NCBI GenBank assembly: GCA_963746075.1
Contig: CAVUZY010000001.1
Coordinates: 26,046-90,045 of the forward strand
Length of the DNA: 64,000 nt
Source: an uncultured Chloroflexia bacterium
GTDB taxonomy: Bacteria > Chloroflexota > Limnocylindria > Limnocylindrales > CSP1-4
Reading direction: 5' to 3'
This document shows, one piece after another, positions 1 through 10,100 of this stretch. The position numbers and the translations under genes are program-made. The notes under the pieces were generated by a model that was given only the letters and a program-made list of their open reading frames with translations, was not told where the DNA came from and did not search any database. Every line of letters starts with the position of its first letter. Within the stretch, counting starts at the first letter, position 1.

Positions 1-55
1 CCACGAGGTAGGTGTTCGAGAGGAAGTGCGGGTGGAGGGAGCGCTCGATGATCAC
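1..55 (-). CDS. MBL-fold metallo-hydrolase (glyoxalase II-like), N-terminus only; runs off window
   Basis: Manual translation from GTG at 55: VIIERSLHPHFLSNTYLV (NxYLV start typical of MBL hydrolases); TACGAT -10 box 8 nt upstream; divergent from glyoxalase I-like gene. Confidence 0.6.
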   Translation of the reverse strand, partial: MIIERSLHPHFLSNTYLV

Positions 56-84
56 GGGGCTCGATCGTATTAGGCTCCGGCTTC

Positions 85-468
85 ATGGAGCTCATCCACA
101 CCTGCTACCGCATCGGCGAGATCGACCGGTCCGTCGCCTTCTACGAGGCGCTCGGCTTCGAGGAGATCGGCCGGCTGCCGATCCGCGACGAGGCGATCAA
201 CGTCTTCATGGGCCTACCGGGGGATGGTGCACGCCTCGAGCTGACCTACAACCACGGCGTCGACTCCTACGAGCTCGGCACGGGCTACAACCACATCGCG
301 GTGACCGTCGAGGACATGGACGGCACGCTCACGCGGCTCGCCGAGAAGGGCATCGAGCCGGAGAAGCCGCCGTACAGCGTTCGCGACGGTGGCTCGCGCC
401 TGTGCTTCGTGCGCGACCCCGACGGCTACCGGATCGAGCTCATCGAGCGCGACCCGGCGAACGACTAA
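85..468 (+). CDS. VOC/glyoxalase I (lactoylglutathione lyase) family protein
   Basis: HTCYRI...LELTYNHG..YELGTGYNHIAV...FVRDPDGYRIELIE. Confidence 0.9.
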   Translation: MELIHTCYRIGEIDRSVAFYEALGFEEIGRLPIRDEAINVFMGLPGDGARLELTYNHGVDSYELGTGYNHIAVTVEDMDGTLTRLAEKGIEPEKPPYSVRDGGSRLCFVRDPDGYRIELIERDPAND

Positions 469-471
469 CGC

Positions 472-879
472 TCAGGCCGGCTTCGTCTCGGCGATCGCCG
501 CGAGAGCCTGCTCCTTGCTCGTATAGGAGTGGAGCTCCGCGCACTTGCCGTCGCGCACCGTGAAGACCTGGAAGAAGACCTGCTCCACCTCAATGCCGGT
601 CGAGGCAGCCGTCCCTTTGAATCTCGCGGTCGCGAGAACCCGTTCGTCACCGAGCGCCTCCACCTCGAGCACCTCAGCGCTGAAGTCGTCCAGAACTCCC
701 GGGATCTCGTCGAAGATCACATAGGCCACCTCGTCGGGCCCGCGATAGACCTCCTGCTTCAGGAGCGTGGCCAGTGCGGGATGCCATTCGATGTCGGGCG
801 TCGCATTCGCGTACAGCCACGCGCGATCCCTCCGCATGAACGCTTCGTAGCCGTCGCGGACGAGTTCGAGGTTGTCCAC
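472..879 (-). CDS. SnoaL/NTF2-like protein
   Basis: VDNLELVRDGYEAF...PDIEWH...YRGPDEV...VFTVRDGK...EQALAA; start set at GTG 879. Confidence 0.85.
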   Translation of the reverse strand: MDNLELVRDGYEAFMRRDRAWLYANATPDIEWHPALATLLKQEVYRGPDEVAYVIFDEIPGVLDDFSAEVLEVEALGDERVLATARFKGTAASTGIEVEQVFFQVFTVRDGKCAELHSYTSKEQALAAIAETKPA

Positions 880-881
880 GA

Positions 882-1193
882 CTAGGCGGTCGGCTCGTCC
901 TCGCGGGGCCCGATCGGCACGATCAGAGGCTGCTCCATCGGCCGGGACTCCACGACCTCCTGCTGGAGCTCGTCCTCGATCCCGAACGCCGACCCGTCGC
1001 AGTCGATGCGAAAGCGCCGCGGCGCGACGCGGTCGTCGGAGAGCACCGGCACGCCCCACAACTCGTCCCAGCCGAAGAGCTCGAAGTTGCCCGGGTTGAG
1101 CAGGATCGCCTTGGCCGGCATGGGGCAGGTGGCGTTGTGCTGGTCGAGCCCTGAGCGAATGGCTTCGAGCATCTGCGCTTCAAGCGAGGCCAC
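882..1193 (-). CDS. Small hypothetical protein
   Basis: C-terminal part of ORF 882..1493 with normal globular composition (VASLEAQMLEAIR...); stop abuts next SnoaL start. Confidence 0.7.
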   Translation of the reverse strand: MASLEAQMLEAIRSGLDQHNATCPMPAKAILLNPGNFELFGWDELWGVPVLSDDRVAPRRFRIDCDGSAFGIEDELQQEVVESRPMEQPLIVPIGPREDEPTA

Positions 1194-1238
1194 GCCAGGA
1201 AAGGTAGCCACTGCCCCATGCGCGGGATACTGCGGCTC

Positions 1239-1637
1239 ATGGACGAGCGCGACCTCAAGGTGCTGCGCGACGGAATCCGGATGTTCTCGGAAGGAGACAT
1301 CGCGGGCCTCGGGAGCATCTGGGCAGAGGACTCCCGCATCATCTCGCCCGAGGGATGGCCGGAGGCTGGCCCGCGCGAGGGGCGAGATGAGGTCATCGCC
1401 CAGTTCGCCCGCCTGCGGGAGGACTGGAGTCGCCACGAGATGACCATCGTCGGCGAGCGCGTCATCGGCGACTGGGCCGTCGTGGACCTGCACTGGCAGG
1501 CCGAGGGCGCAGCCAGCGGCGCTGCCTTCGATGTGATGGTGGTGGGCGCCTACAGGTTCAAGTCAGGTCAGATCGCGGAGGGACGCTTCTATTGGTCCCT
1601 CGACGAGGCGCTGGCCGACATCGGCTCCGACGGTTAG
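1239..1637 (+). CDS. SnoaL/NTF2-like protein
   Basis: PEGWPEAGPREGRDEV...GAASG...YRFKSGQI...DEALA; GATACT box 7 nt before ATG. Confidence 0.85.
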   Translation: MDERDLKVLRDGIRMFSEGDIAGLGSIWAEDSRIISPEGWPEAGPREGRDEVIAQFARLREDWSRHEMTIVGERVIGDWAVVDLHWQAEGAASGAAFDVMVVGAYRFKSGQIAEGRFYWSLDEALADIGSDG

Positions 1638-2539
1638 GCCGGCGGCGGGATCCCCGCCTCCGCCGCGACGATCGCCGCGAGAGCCGCGATCGTTGGGCAC
1701 TCGATCCCGTGGCAAGCGGCAGCACGCAGCACCGCCCCCGCGATTGCGTCGAGCTCGGGCTCGCGACCGGCCGCGACGTCCCGATGCATTGAACTGTCCA
1801 GCCCCGCATGGTCTTCGTCGAGCTTCGCGAGGCTCGCGGCCGGATCGATCTCGACGCCTTCCGCGCGGGCCACTGCGGCCGCCTCGCGCAGGGACGCCTC
1901 GAGGGCGGCGCGGTGCGCGGGGGTGCCACGAACGTCGCCAAGCGGCTCGTCGAACGCTGTCGTCGTCACCGCCAGCGAGCACAGCCTTACGAGCTTGCGC
2001 CACATCACGCGTGCCTCGGAGTCGAGCACCTCGGCCGCGATGCCGGCGGCGCGCAGCCGCTCGGCGAAGGCGTCCATGGCCCCGCGCGGCGCGGAATCCG
2101 CGCTCGCCATCGAGATCTCCGCCCCCCACGGACTCGCGTGGACGACGCGTCCCGGCGCGGGAGCGTGCGATTCCACGCGGATCGAGCCGGCCACGACGCT
2201 CGTGCCGTAGCGCTTGCGCAGCAGCGCAACGTGGTCGAGCCCGTTGAGGAGCGGGACGACGAGCGCCGGATCGCAGTCAATCCGCTCGAGCGCCTGCTCC
2301 AAGCCCGTGGCCTTGGTCGCTACGACGAGGACGTCCACGTCACGGTCCAGGTGCGTCTGGACACCGGGGCGCACGTGGAAGTCCCCGAGCACCACACTCC
2401 GCACGGTTAGCCCGTCGCGCTCGATCACCGCGGCCGTGGACTCCCGGGCGACGATCGTCACGTCTTCACCCGCGCGCGCGAGGGCGCCGGCCACCAGTCC
2501 GCCGACGCCGCCGGGGCCGAGAACGGCTATCGACGTCAC
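1634..2539 (-). CDS. panE: 2-dehydropantoate 2-reductase (ketopantoate reductase) family
   Basis: IAVLGPGGVGG Rossmann, VATKA, LLNGLDH, MWRKL, SSMHRDV..GREPELDAI. Confidence 0.85.
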   Translation of the reverse strand: MTSIAVLGPGGVGGLVAGALARAGEDVTIVARESTAAVIERDGLTVRSVVLGDFHVRPGVQTHLDRDVDVLVVATKATGLEQALERIDCDPALVVPLLNGLDHVALLRKRYGTSVVAGSIRVESHAPAPGRVVHASPWGAEISMASADSAPRGAMDAFAERLRAAGIAAEVLDSEARVMWRKLVRLCSLAVTTTAFDEPLGDVRGTPAHRAALEASLREAAAVARAEGVEIDPAASLAKLDEDHAGLDSSMHRDVAAGREPELDAIAGAVLRAAACHGIECPTIAALAAIVAAEAGIPPPA

Positions 2540-4128
2540 CGCAGCGGGTCGACCAGCACGCCAGGGTTCAGGATCCCGCTCGGGTCGACGGCGGCCTTCG
2601 CGCCGCGGAGCGCCGCCGCGAACGGCTCCGGGCGCTGGCGGTCGTACCAGGGCCGGTGGTCCCGGCCGACGGCGTGGTGGTGGGTGATGGTGCCGCCCGC
2701 GGCGATGACCGCATCGGATGCGGCGGCCTTGATCGCGCCCCACTGCTCCACCTCTTCCCCCCGGCGCGCGGGAGCGAGGACCGTGTAGTACGGCGCCGGC
2801 CCGTCGGGATAGACGTGGGTGAAGCGGCACGACACGCGACCCTCTGCGCCGCACGCGTCACGCACCGCCTCCTGCGCCGCGGCCTTGACCTGCTCGTGGA
2901 ACGCGGGGAAGCGCTCCCAGGTGATAGCCGTCTCGAACGTGTCGGAGAGGATCCCCATCGCGACGAACGCGTCGCGGAGATAGGGAGCGCGCAGGAACGC
3001 GGTGCGCCAGGAGCCGACCGAGCCGCCGTCCTTCTCCGCCCGCTCCTCCCACGACCCGCCGTGCTCCCGGCAGATGTCCAGCGCACGCTCCATGCCTGCG
3101 TCCACCGGATGGTCCGGGGACTCGAAGCCCAGCACCAGGAGGTCGGCGGTGCCGTCGCCGGCGGCCGTCGTCCGCGCCTCGAGCGCGTCGATGAGCCGGC
3201 AGTTGGCGGGGTGCAGGTCAGCCTGCGAGAGCGCGCGCACGCACTCGGCCGCGGCCGTGAAGTCGGGGAAGCTCACTCCCGCCGACCGGCGGTGCGCCGG
3301 GCGGGGCTGCACACGGACCCACGCCTCGGTGATGACGCCGAGCGTGCCCTCCGAACCGATCAGCATCCGGTCGGGGCTGACGCCGGCGCCCGACCCCGGG
3401 AGTCGCCGTGACTCCCATGCGCCGGCCGGGGTGATCGCACGCACGGACTCGACCATGTCGTCGATGTGCGTCTTCAGCGTGGCGAAGTGGCCGCCCGCGC
3501 GCGTCGCGATCCATCCGCCGAGCGTCGACAGCTCGAAGGACTGGGGGTAGTGGCGCAGGGTGAAGCCCTCCGCCCCGAGCTGCTCTTCGAGGCCGGGGCC
3601 GGTCGCGCCGGCGGCGATCCGCGCGGAGCGCGAGACGTCGTCCACCTCGAGAACGCGGTCCAGCGCGCGCAGGTCCAGAGAGATCGTGCCGGCGTAGCCG
3701 TCGCCCACCGCTGGCTCTACGCCACCGACCACGCTCGTGCCACCGCCGTACGGGATGACCGCGGCGTTCTCCGCCGCAGCCCACTCCAGCACCCGCTCGA
3801 CCCCGGCCTCGTCGCGCGGCCGCGCGACTACGTCGGGCGGGTGGTCGAACCGGCCGCGGAACGCGCGAACGACGTCCGAGTAGGACTTTCCCCACGCGTG
3901 GCTCGCGCGCGCGTGCGCGTCCGTCGCGCAGATGTCCTCCAGGTCGGCCGGCGGCGCGACGCGGGACTCCCGAAGCTCGACCTCCTCGAGCGGGACGAAC
4001 GCCTCGACGTCGGTCGAGCCGAAGCCCAGGTGCTGGACGATGCCTGGCGCCATCGCGGCGAGCCCGTCGTGCGAGGGCTGCTCGTCCTCGAAACCCCACC
4101 CCCAGTGCTTGCGCCGCCGCTCGCCCAC
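2536..4128 (-). CDS. FAD-binding oxidoreductase, alkyl-DHAP synthase-like
   Basis: IPYGGGTSVVGG, STLGGWIATRAGG, GSEGTLGVIT, ITHHHAVG, DPSGILNPG. Confidence 0.9.
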   Translation of the reverse strand: MGERRRKHWGWGFEDEQPSHDGLAAMAPGIVQHLGFGSTDVEAFVPLEEVELRESRVAPPADLEDICATDAHARASHAWGKSYSDVVRAFRGRFDHPPDVVARPRDEAGVERVLEWAAAENAAVIPYGGGTSVVGGVEPAVGDGYAGTISLDLRALDRVLEVDDVSRSARIAAGATGPGLEEQLGAEGFTLRHYPQSFELSTLGGWIATRAGGHFATLKTHIDDMVESVRAITPAGAWESRRLPGSGAGVSPDRMLIGSEGTLGVITEAWVRVQPRPAHRRSAGVSFPDFTAAAECVRALSQADLHPANCRLIDALEARTTAAGDGTADLLVLGFESPDHPVDAGMERALDICREHGGSWEERAEKDGGSVGSWRTAFLRAPYLRDAFVAMGILSDTFETAITWERFPAFHEQVKAAAQEAVRDACGAEGRVSCRFTHVYPDGPAPYYTVLAPARRGEEVEQWGAIKAAASDAVIAAGGTITHHHAVGRDHRPWYDRQRPEPFAAALRGAKAAVDPSGILNPGVLVDPLR

Positions 4129-4173
4129 AACCGCGAGTCTATGCGCGAGGTGGCGGACTAGCCTTCAGCCGGG

Positions 4174-4833
4174 ATGAGCTTCGAACCGGAGATCCTCGCG
4201 CGCGGGCCGTGGCAGGCCGGCGACGTCGAGGCGCGCTGGAGCGAGGAGCACTTCGACCCGCCAAACGATGCGGTCGCCGCAGCGGACGAGGCGATCGCGG
4301 CGCTGCGCGACCGCGGGTCTCCCAGCCACGATGGGGTGAGCGCGCGACTCACAAACGTGCACGCCACCGAGGACCGGCTCCTCGTCGAGCTGCAGCCCAC
4401 CCGCTGGGCGCTGCGGCTCATCCCCGGCGACGCACAGGACAGCGTTGCCGCGATCTGCGTAACGCGCGCAGCGGACGGTCGCTGGCTGGCAGGCCGGCGG
4501 GCGGCTTGGCTATCGACTCTGCCCGGCAGCTGGACGCTCGGCGCCGGCGGGGCGGTCGATATGGGCGAGAACCCTGCCGACACGCTCGGCCGCGAGCTGG
4601 TGGAGGAGTGGTCGGTGGAAGCCGAGACATTGACGGTCGAGGCGATCACCCGCCTGCCGCACAAGCTGATCCTCTTCTTCGGCATGGCCTGGCTCCCCGA
4701 CGGCGCCGAGGTCGTCCCGGACGACGAGCACGACGCGCACGCGTGGTGGCCGGCCGACGTCGAGAAGTGGCCGGCCGAGGCGTCGGAGCCGCTGCGTCGC
4801 GTGGGGCGCCTGCTCGGGAGTGGGTCGGCGTAG
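4174..4833 (+). CDS. NUDIX hydrolase
   Basis: Nudix-like box GGAVDMGENPADTLGRELVEEW. Confidence 0.8.
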   Translation: MSFEPEILARGPWQAGDVEARWSEEHFDPPNDAVAAADEAIAALRDRGSPSHDGVSARLTNVHATEDRLLVELQPTRWALRLIPGDAQDSVAAICVTRAADGRWLAGRRAAWLSTLPGSWTLGAGGAVDMGENPADTLGRELVEEWSVEAETLTVEAITRLPHKLILFFGMAWLPDGAEVVPDDEHDAHAWWPADVEKWPAEASEPLRRVGRLLGSGSA

Positions 4834-4838
4834 GACGC

Positions 4839-5126
4839 CTGCTGACGTTCGAGCGCCTCAAGCGCGCGTCGTTCCTGCACTCGGCCGTCTATCTCGGACT
4901 TCTCGTGGTGTGGCTGGTCCCCGGTTTGGAGACGGCGACCACGGTGTTCGGATTCGCGCACGGCATCGGCTGGATCGTCATGTCCCTGGTGGCGATCGTC
5001 GCGGTGCGGCTGCGGGTGATCTCGCTGCGCCTGGGTGTGGCGATCGCCGTCATCGGCGGGATCGGCCCGTTCGTCGGCAGCTACGAGTTCGTGCGCGAGG
5101 AGCGGCGGCGAGCCGCCCAGCGCTAG
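4839..5126 (+). CDS. Small integral membrane protein (start uncertain)
   Basis: Three hydrophobic segments, GFAHGIGW and GPFVGSYEF motifs. Confidence 0.7.
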   Translation: MLTFERLKRASFLHSAVYLGLLVVWLVPGLETATTVFGFAHGIGWIVMSLVAIVAVRLRVISLRLGVAIAVIGGIGPFVGSYEFVREERRRAAQR

Positions 5127-7087
5127 GAACCGACGAAGACCGGCTTGCCGACCGACGGCACCAGCCCGCCCGAGCCCTGCTTGTTCACGAACACGGTGTA
5201 CGGGCCGGGCGGCGCGACGTTGCCGTTCGGTGGCGCCTTCACGAACGCGGTGTTCCCGTTCGTCGACACGACCGGAAGCTCGACCGAGCGCTGATTGGCG
5301 TCGACGAGGTGCGTGGTGGACGCGTTGTGCATCAGGACGACCGACTTGATGTCGCTCGCCGGGATGTCGGTGGCGATCGCGATCGTGTCGCCGTAGTCCC
5401 ACGTCGACGCCACGGACTCGATAACCGGGCGCGGCCCGCGGAAGAGATAGGGCGGGCTGAAGATCTCGAACGACGGGTCGCGCTTGTTCGGTGCGAACGG
5501 CCCGGGCAGGTCGACATGCCTCGTGTACAGGAACGGGATCGGCGCGTGGCCACCGATGAGGACGCGACCGTCCGGAAGCAGCGCGGCGGTGTTGTGGTAG
5601 GTCCGCGGCTGGTGGGCGGCCGCGAGGGGGCGCCAGGTCTCCGTCTGGGGGTTGAAGAGCTCGGCCTGACGCTCCGGGATCTCCAGGCCGGGTGAGACGA
5701 CCTCATCCCGGTCGGCACCCGAGAAGGCGACGATTTCGCCCGTCGGCAGGAGCACGCCAGAGGAATACCAACGGCTTCGCCCGAGAGGGCCCGTCTTGCG
5801 GGTGGTGACCTTCTCGGCGCCTCCGGTCGTGTCGACGGTGTTGATGTTCGACGCGCGTGTGGCGAAGTAGCTGCCGGGAGTGGGCATGAGGACGCCGCCC
5901 GCGCTGAGGAAGGAGGCCTTGGTGTAGCGCCCGAGCGGATCCGGCTCGAGCGGCAGCATGATCGAGAAGGTGGAACCGCGGAAGCCGGGGGCGCCGGTCC
6001 CGATGCCGGGGATCCCGAGCTGCTTCCACGCCTTCGTCGCCGGGTTGTAGCTGGCCGCGTAGTTCCAGGTGGCCTCGTCGTACGAGTATCCGAATGGGCT
6101 GAAGACCTGGCCGCCGGGGTTGTAGAAGACGTTGCCGTTGGGCAGCAGGTGCAGCCGCGGGAACAGGGGAAGCGAGCGCCGCGCGGAGCGCCCGTTGTCC
6201 GTCCAGCGGCCGGTTGCCGGGTCGAACGTCTCGGTCTGGCGCACGTTGCTGCCCGATTCGGTGGGCGGTCGGTCGGGGTAGATCGGCTTCGCAAGCTTGC
6301 GCACCCCGCTGGCGACCATGACCTTGCCGTCGCCCAGCTGGACCAGCGTCGGATACCAGCGGCCCGTGTGCATGTCGCCGACCTGACTCCAGTTATCCGT
6401 GGCCGGGTTGAAGATGCGCGTGTTGGCGAGACCCTCGAACTCGACGATCCCGTAGTCGAAGCCGTCCAGCCCCGGGTCGTTGTAGTAGCCGCTGCCGCCG
6501 CTGGTCAGGATCCTCCCGTCCGCCAGGAACAGCTGGCCCGAGCAGAAGAGCGCGCCGTCGTTGTAGGTCTCATGCGTGGAGAGCGCGTCGATCAGAGGGT
6601 GGGTGTCCATCCCGTTCGGGTTTGCGCCCCCGTCCTCCGGATTGGGCGTCGCCCACTGCGGACCGTTGGGCGTCAACGTGAGAAGGCGGCTCTGGTCGTT
6701 TGCCGACACGACGCCGTACTCGGTGACGATGGAGAACTTGACGCTGTCCGTGCCCTCGAGGTTGTTCCAGTAGAGGATCCGGCCGGAAGGAAGGACGTTC
6801 ACTGCGCTGCCGGCCGGCTTGCAGTGCTTGCGTCCGTCCGAGCCGGTGATGCAGACGGCGGACGTCGTGTGGCCGTCGATCTGCGGCTCGGTGAAGGGGT
6901 TGGAGAACAGGCCGCTCACCGCCGGGTTCCCCGACACCGGGACGGGATCGCGCATGAGAAATGCGGACGAGAGGTTGGCCGCCTCGGAACCGGATATGGC
7001 GGGCCCGTGCGAGAGCGCCGGTGCCGGCATGGCGGCCAACACCGTGAGAAGCGCCCCGACCCCGATGGCCCGGCGTCCCCCTGACAT
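5123..7087 (-). CDS. Secreted copper-radical oxidase, galactose oxidase/GlxA-like (Kelch propeller + C-terminal Ig-like domain)
   Basis: Signal peptide; LFCSG, RWYPT, RTYHNTA, STTHLVD motifs; APPGPY C-terminus. Confidence 0.9.
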   Translation of the reverse strand: MSGGRRAIGVGALLTVLAAMPAPALSHGPAISGSEAANLSSAFLMRDPVPVSGNPAVSGLFSNPFTEPQIDGHTTSAVCITGSDGRKHCKPAGSAVNVLPSGRILYWNNLEGTDSVKFSIVTEYGVVSANDQSRLLTLTPNGPQWATPNPEDGGANPNGMDTHPLIDALSTHETYNDGALFCSGQLFLADGRILTSGGSGYYNDPGLDGFDYGIVEFEGLANTRIFNPATDNWSQVGDMHTGRWYPTLVQLGDGKVMVASGVRKLAKPIYPDRPPTESGSNVRQTETFDPATGRWTDNGRSARRSLPLFPRLHLLPNGNVFYNPGGQVFSPFGYSYDEATWNYAASYNPATKAWKQLGIPGIGTGAPGFRGSTFSIMLPLEPDPLGRYTKASFLSAGGVLMPTPGSYFATRASNINTVDTTGGAEKVTTRKTGPLGRSRWYSSGVLLPTGEIVAFSGADRDEVVSPGLEIPERQAELFNPQTETWRPLAAAHQPRTYHNTAALLPDGRVLIGGHAPIPFLYTRHVDLPGPFAPNKRDPSFEIFSPPYLFRGPRPVIESVASTWDYGDTIAIATDIPASDIKSVVLMHNASTTHLVDANQRSVELPVVSTNGNTAFVKAPPNGNVAPPGPYTVFVNKQGSGGLVPSVGKPVFVGS

Positions 7088-7199
7088 GGCCGCCAGGGTA
7101 CTCCTCGGCGAGCGGCGACGCGACTGCCCGGGACCCCACGCCGCGACACCCGTTGCAGCCTCATCCGCGCGCAAATGCGCACGGTAGAGTGACTTCTCC

Positions 7200-10100
7200 A
7201 TGGCAGTGAGGACCACCATTCGGGTCGAGTTGCCCCAGATGGGCGAATCGGTGACCGAGGGGACCGTCCTCGAGTGGCATAAGCAGGAGGGCGACGCGGT
7301 CGTCGCCGACGAGACTCTCGTCGAGGTCTCGACCGACAAGGTCGACGCCGAGGTCCCCTCCCCAGCCAGCGGGACCCTGGTCTAAGATCCATCGTCGCCG
7401 AAGGCGACACGGTCGCCGTCGGGCGGACTGCTCGCCGAGATCGCCCCGGACGGCGGCGGTCCCGCCGGCAACGGCGCCGCTGAGGCGCCCGCGCACCGGC
7501 ACCGGCACCGGCAGCCGGGGAGCCCGCCGCCGAGCTCGACGAGCCGGCGTCGGACGAGGCCAAGGAGCCTGCGGCAACGACCGCCGCACCCGAGCCCGCG
7601 ATGGGCGCAGAGATCGAGATCGTGATGCCCGCGATGGGCGAGTCGGTCACCGAGGGCACGATCCTCGAGTGGCACAAGCAGCCCGGGGACACCGTCGAGG
7701 GTGACGAGGTCATCGTCGAAATCTCGACCGACAAGGTGGACATCGAGGTCCCCGCGCCCGCGTCGGGCACCATTACCGAGCTCCTCGTCGACGTCGGCGA
7801 CACGGTCGCGGTCGGCCAGCCGCTCGCGCGCATGCTCGCCGGCGAAAGCGCCGCGCCGCGCCCGGACGCGCCCCCGTCGGACGGCGGCACCGCACAGGCG
7901 AAGCCGGCGCCCGCGCCGCCCGCCGGCGACGGCAACGGCGCGGCCGGCCGCGCCTCTCCGGTCGCGCGTCGCGCCGCTGACATCCACGGCGTCGACCTCG
8001 AGCAGGTCGTCGGCTCCGGCCCCGCGGGGCGCGTGACGAAGTCGGACGTCCTGGCGGCCGCGGGCAACGGCGACGCCGCGGCAAGGCGCCGCCCGCCCAG
8101 AAGGCACCCGCCGCCCAGGAAGCACCGGCAGGCGCCCAGCTGATGAAGGGCAGCGCAGCGGTCCTCGCCCGCTACATGGACGAGAGCCGCTCGATCCCGA
8201 CCGCCACCAGCTTCAGAACACTCCCGTCACGACGCTCGACGCCCGCCGGCGCGAGCTCAAGGCGGCGGGCAGGCGCGTCTCCTTCACCCACCTGATCGCG
8301 CTACGCAATCGCCCGCGCGGCGACCGACAGATGCCCGTGATGGGCCACCACTTCGCCGAGATCGACGGGCAAGCCGCACCGCGTCGACGACGGGGCGGTG
8401 AACCTCGGCCTGGCCGTGGACGTCGAGCGCAAGGACGGCGGGCGGACGCTGATGGTCCCGGTCATCAGGGACGCCGGACGCCTGTCTTTCGACGCGTTCC
8501 TGGCCGCGTACGACGCCCTGGTCGAGAAGGCGCGCACGAACAGCCTCACCGCTGACGACCTGACCGGCGGCAACATCACCCTCACCAATCCGGGCGGCAT
8601 CGGCACCGTCGCATCGGTGCCGCGGCTGATGACCGGGCAGGGGACGATCGTCGCGACCGGCGCGATCGGCTACCCGCCGGGCCTCGGACGCGCGGGTGCC
8701 GCGATCGGCGCCGAGAAGGTCATGACCATGACCTCGACGTACGACCACCGGATCATCCAGGGCGCGGAGTCGGGTCGCTTCCTCGCGCGCGATCGAGGAG
8801 CTCCTGCAGGGCGAGGACGGCTTCTACGAGCGACGTCTTCCGCGACCTCGACGTGCCGATCGCCGACGCTGCCCGCAGCCGCCGGAGCCCGCCGCGGCCC
8901 GCGCCGCCGCGCCCGCGCCGGACGCCGCGCCGGGCCAAGCCCGACGAGGAGCTGCTCCAGGCCGTCCAGGCGGCGACCTCGCTGCTGCAAGGCGCACCGG
9001 ACCCACGGCCACCTCGCCGCGCGGCTCGACCCGCTGGGCCGCGAGCCGGAGGGCGATCCGGCGCTGGACCCCGTGCCGCTCGGGCTCACGCCGGAGCTGA
9101 TGGCGCGGATCCCGGCCAAGATCCTGCGCGTGTACGTGCCCGGCGCGACGCTCGCCGAGGCGCTCCCGCACCTGCGCGAGACCTACTGCGGCACGATCGC
9201 CTACGAGATCGAGCACATCGCCATCCACCGCCAGCGGCTCTGGCTGCGCGAGGCGATCGAGTCGGGCGCGTTCCGCGAGCCGCTGACCAACGACGAGCGC
9301 AAGGCGCTGCTCCGGCGCCTGATCGAGGTCGACGCGTTCGAGCGCTTCCTGCACAAGGCGTACCTCGGCCAGAAGCAGTTCTCGATCGAGGGCCTGGACA
9401 TGACCGTGCCGATGCATCGACGAGCTGATCCAGCTGTCGGCCGACGCACGGCGCGCGCGAGGTCGTGATCGGCATGGCCCACCGCGGCCGGCTGAACGTG
9501 CTCGCGCACAACCTGGGCCGCCGCGTACGAGTCGATCTTCGCCGAGTTCGAGGGAGCCTCCGACGCTCGAGGCGATCACGACGATGCCCGCAGGGCGGCA
9601 CCGGCGACGTCAAGTACCACCACGGCGCCGAGGGCACCTACCAGCTCGCCGACAGGCGAGTCGGTCCTCGTCAACCTGGAGTCCAACCCGAGCCACCTCG
9701 AGTACGTCGCTCCCGGTCGTCGGCGGCGCCACCCGCGCGGCGCAGACGACGCGCCAGGGCCCGCATGCCCACCAGGACACGAACGCCGCGATCCCGATCA
9801 TCATCCACGGCGACGCCGCCTTCCCGGGCCAGGGCGTCGTCGCCGAGACGCTCAACCTGCAGGCGCTCGACGGCTACACGGTCGGCGGCACGCGTCCACA
9901 TGATCACGAACAACCAGGTCGGCTTCACCACCGACCCCGACGATGCGCCGCTCGACGCGGTGGGCTCGGACCTGGCCAAGGGCTTCGACGTCCCGATCAT
10001 CCACGTCAACGCCGACGACGTCGGCGGCCTGCATCAGCGCCGTCCGGCTGGCGTTCGCCTTCCGCCAGGAGTTCGGCCACGACGTGCTGATCGACCTGAT

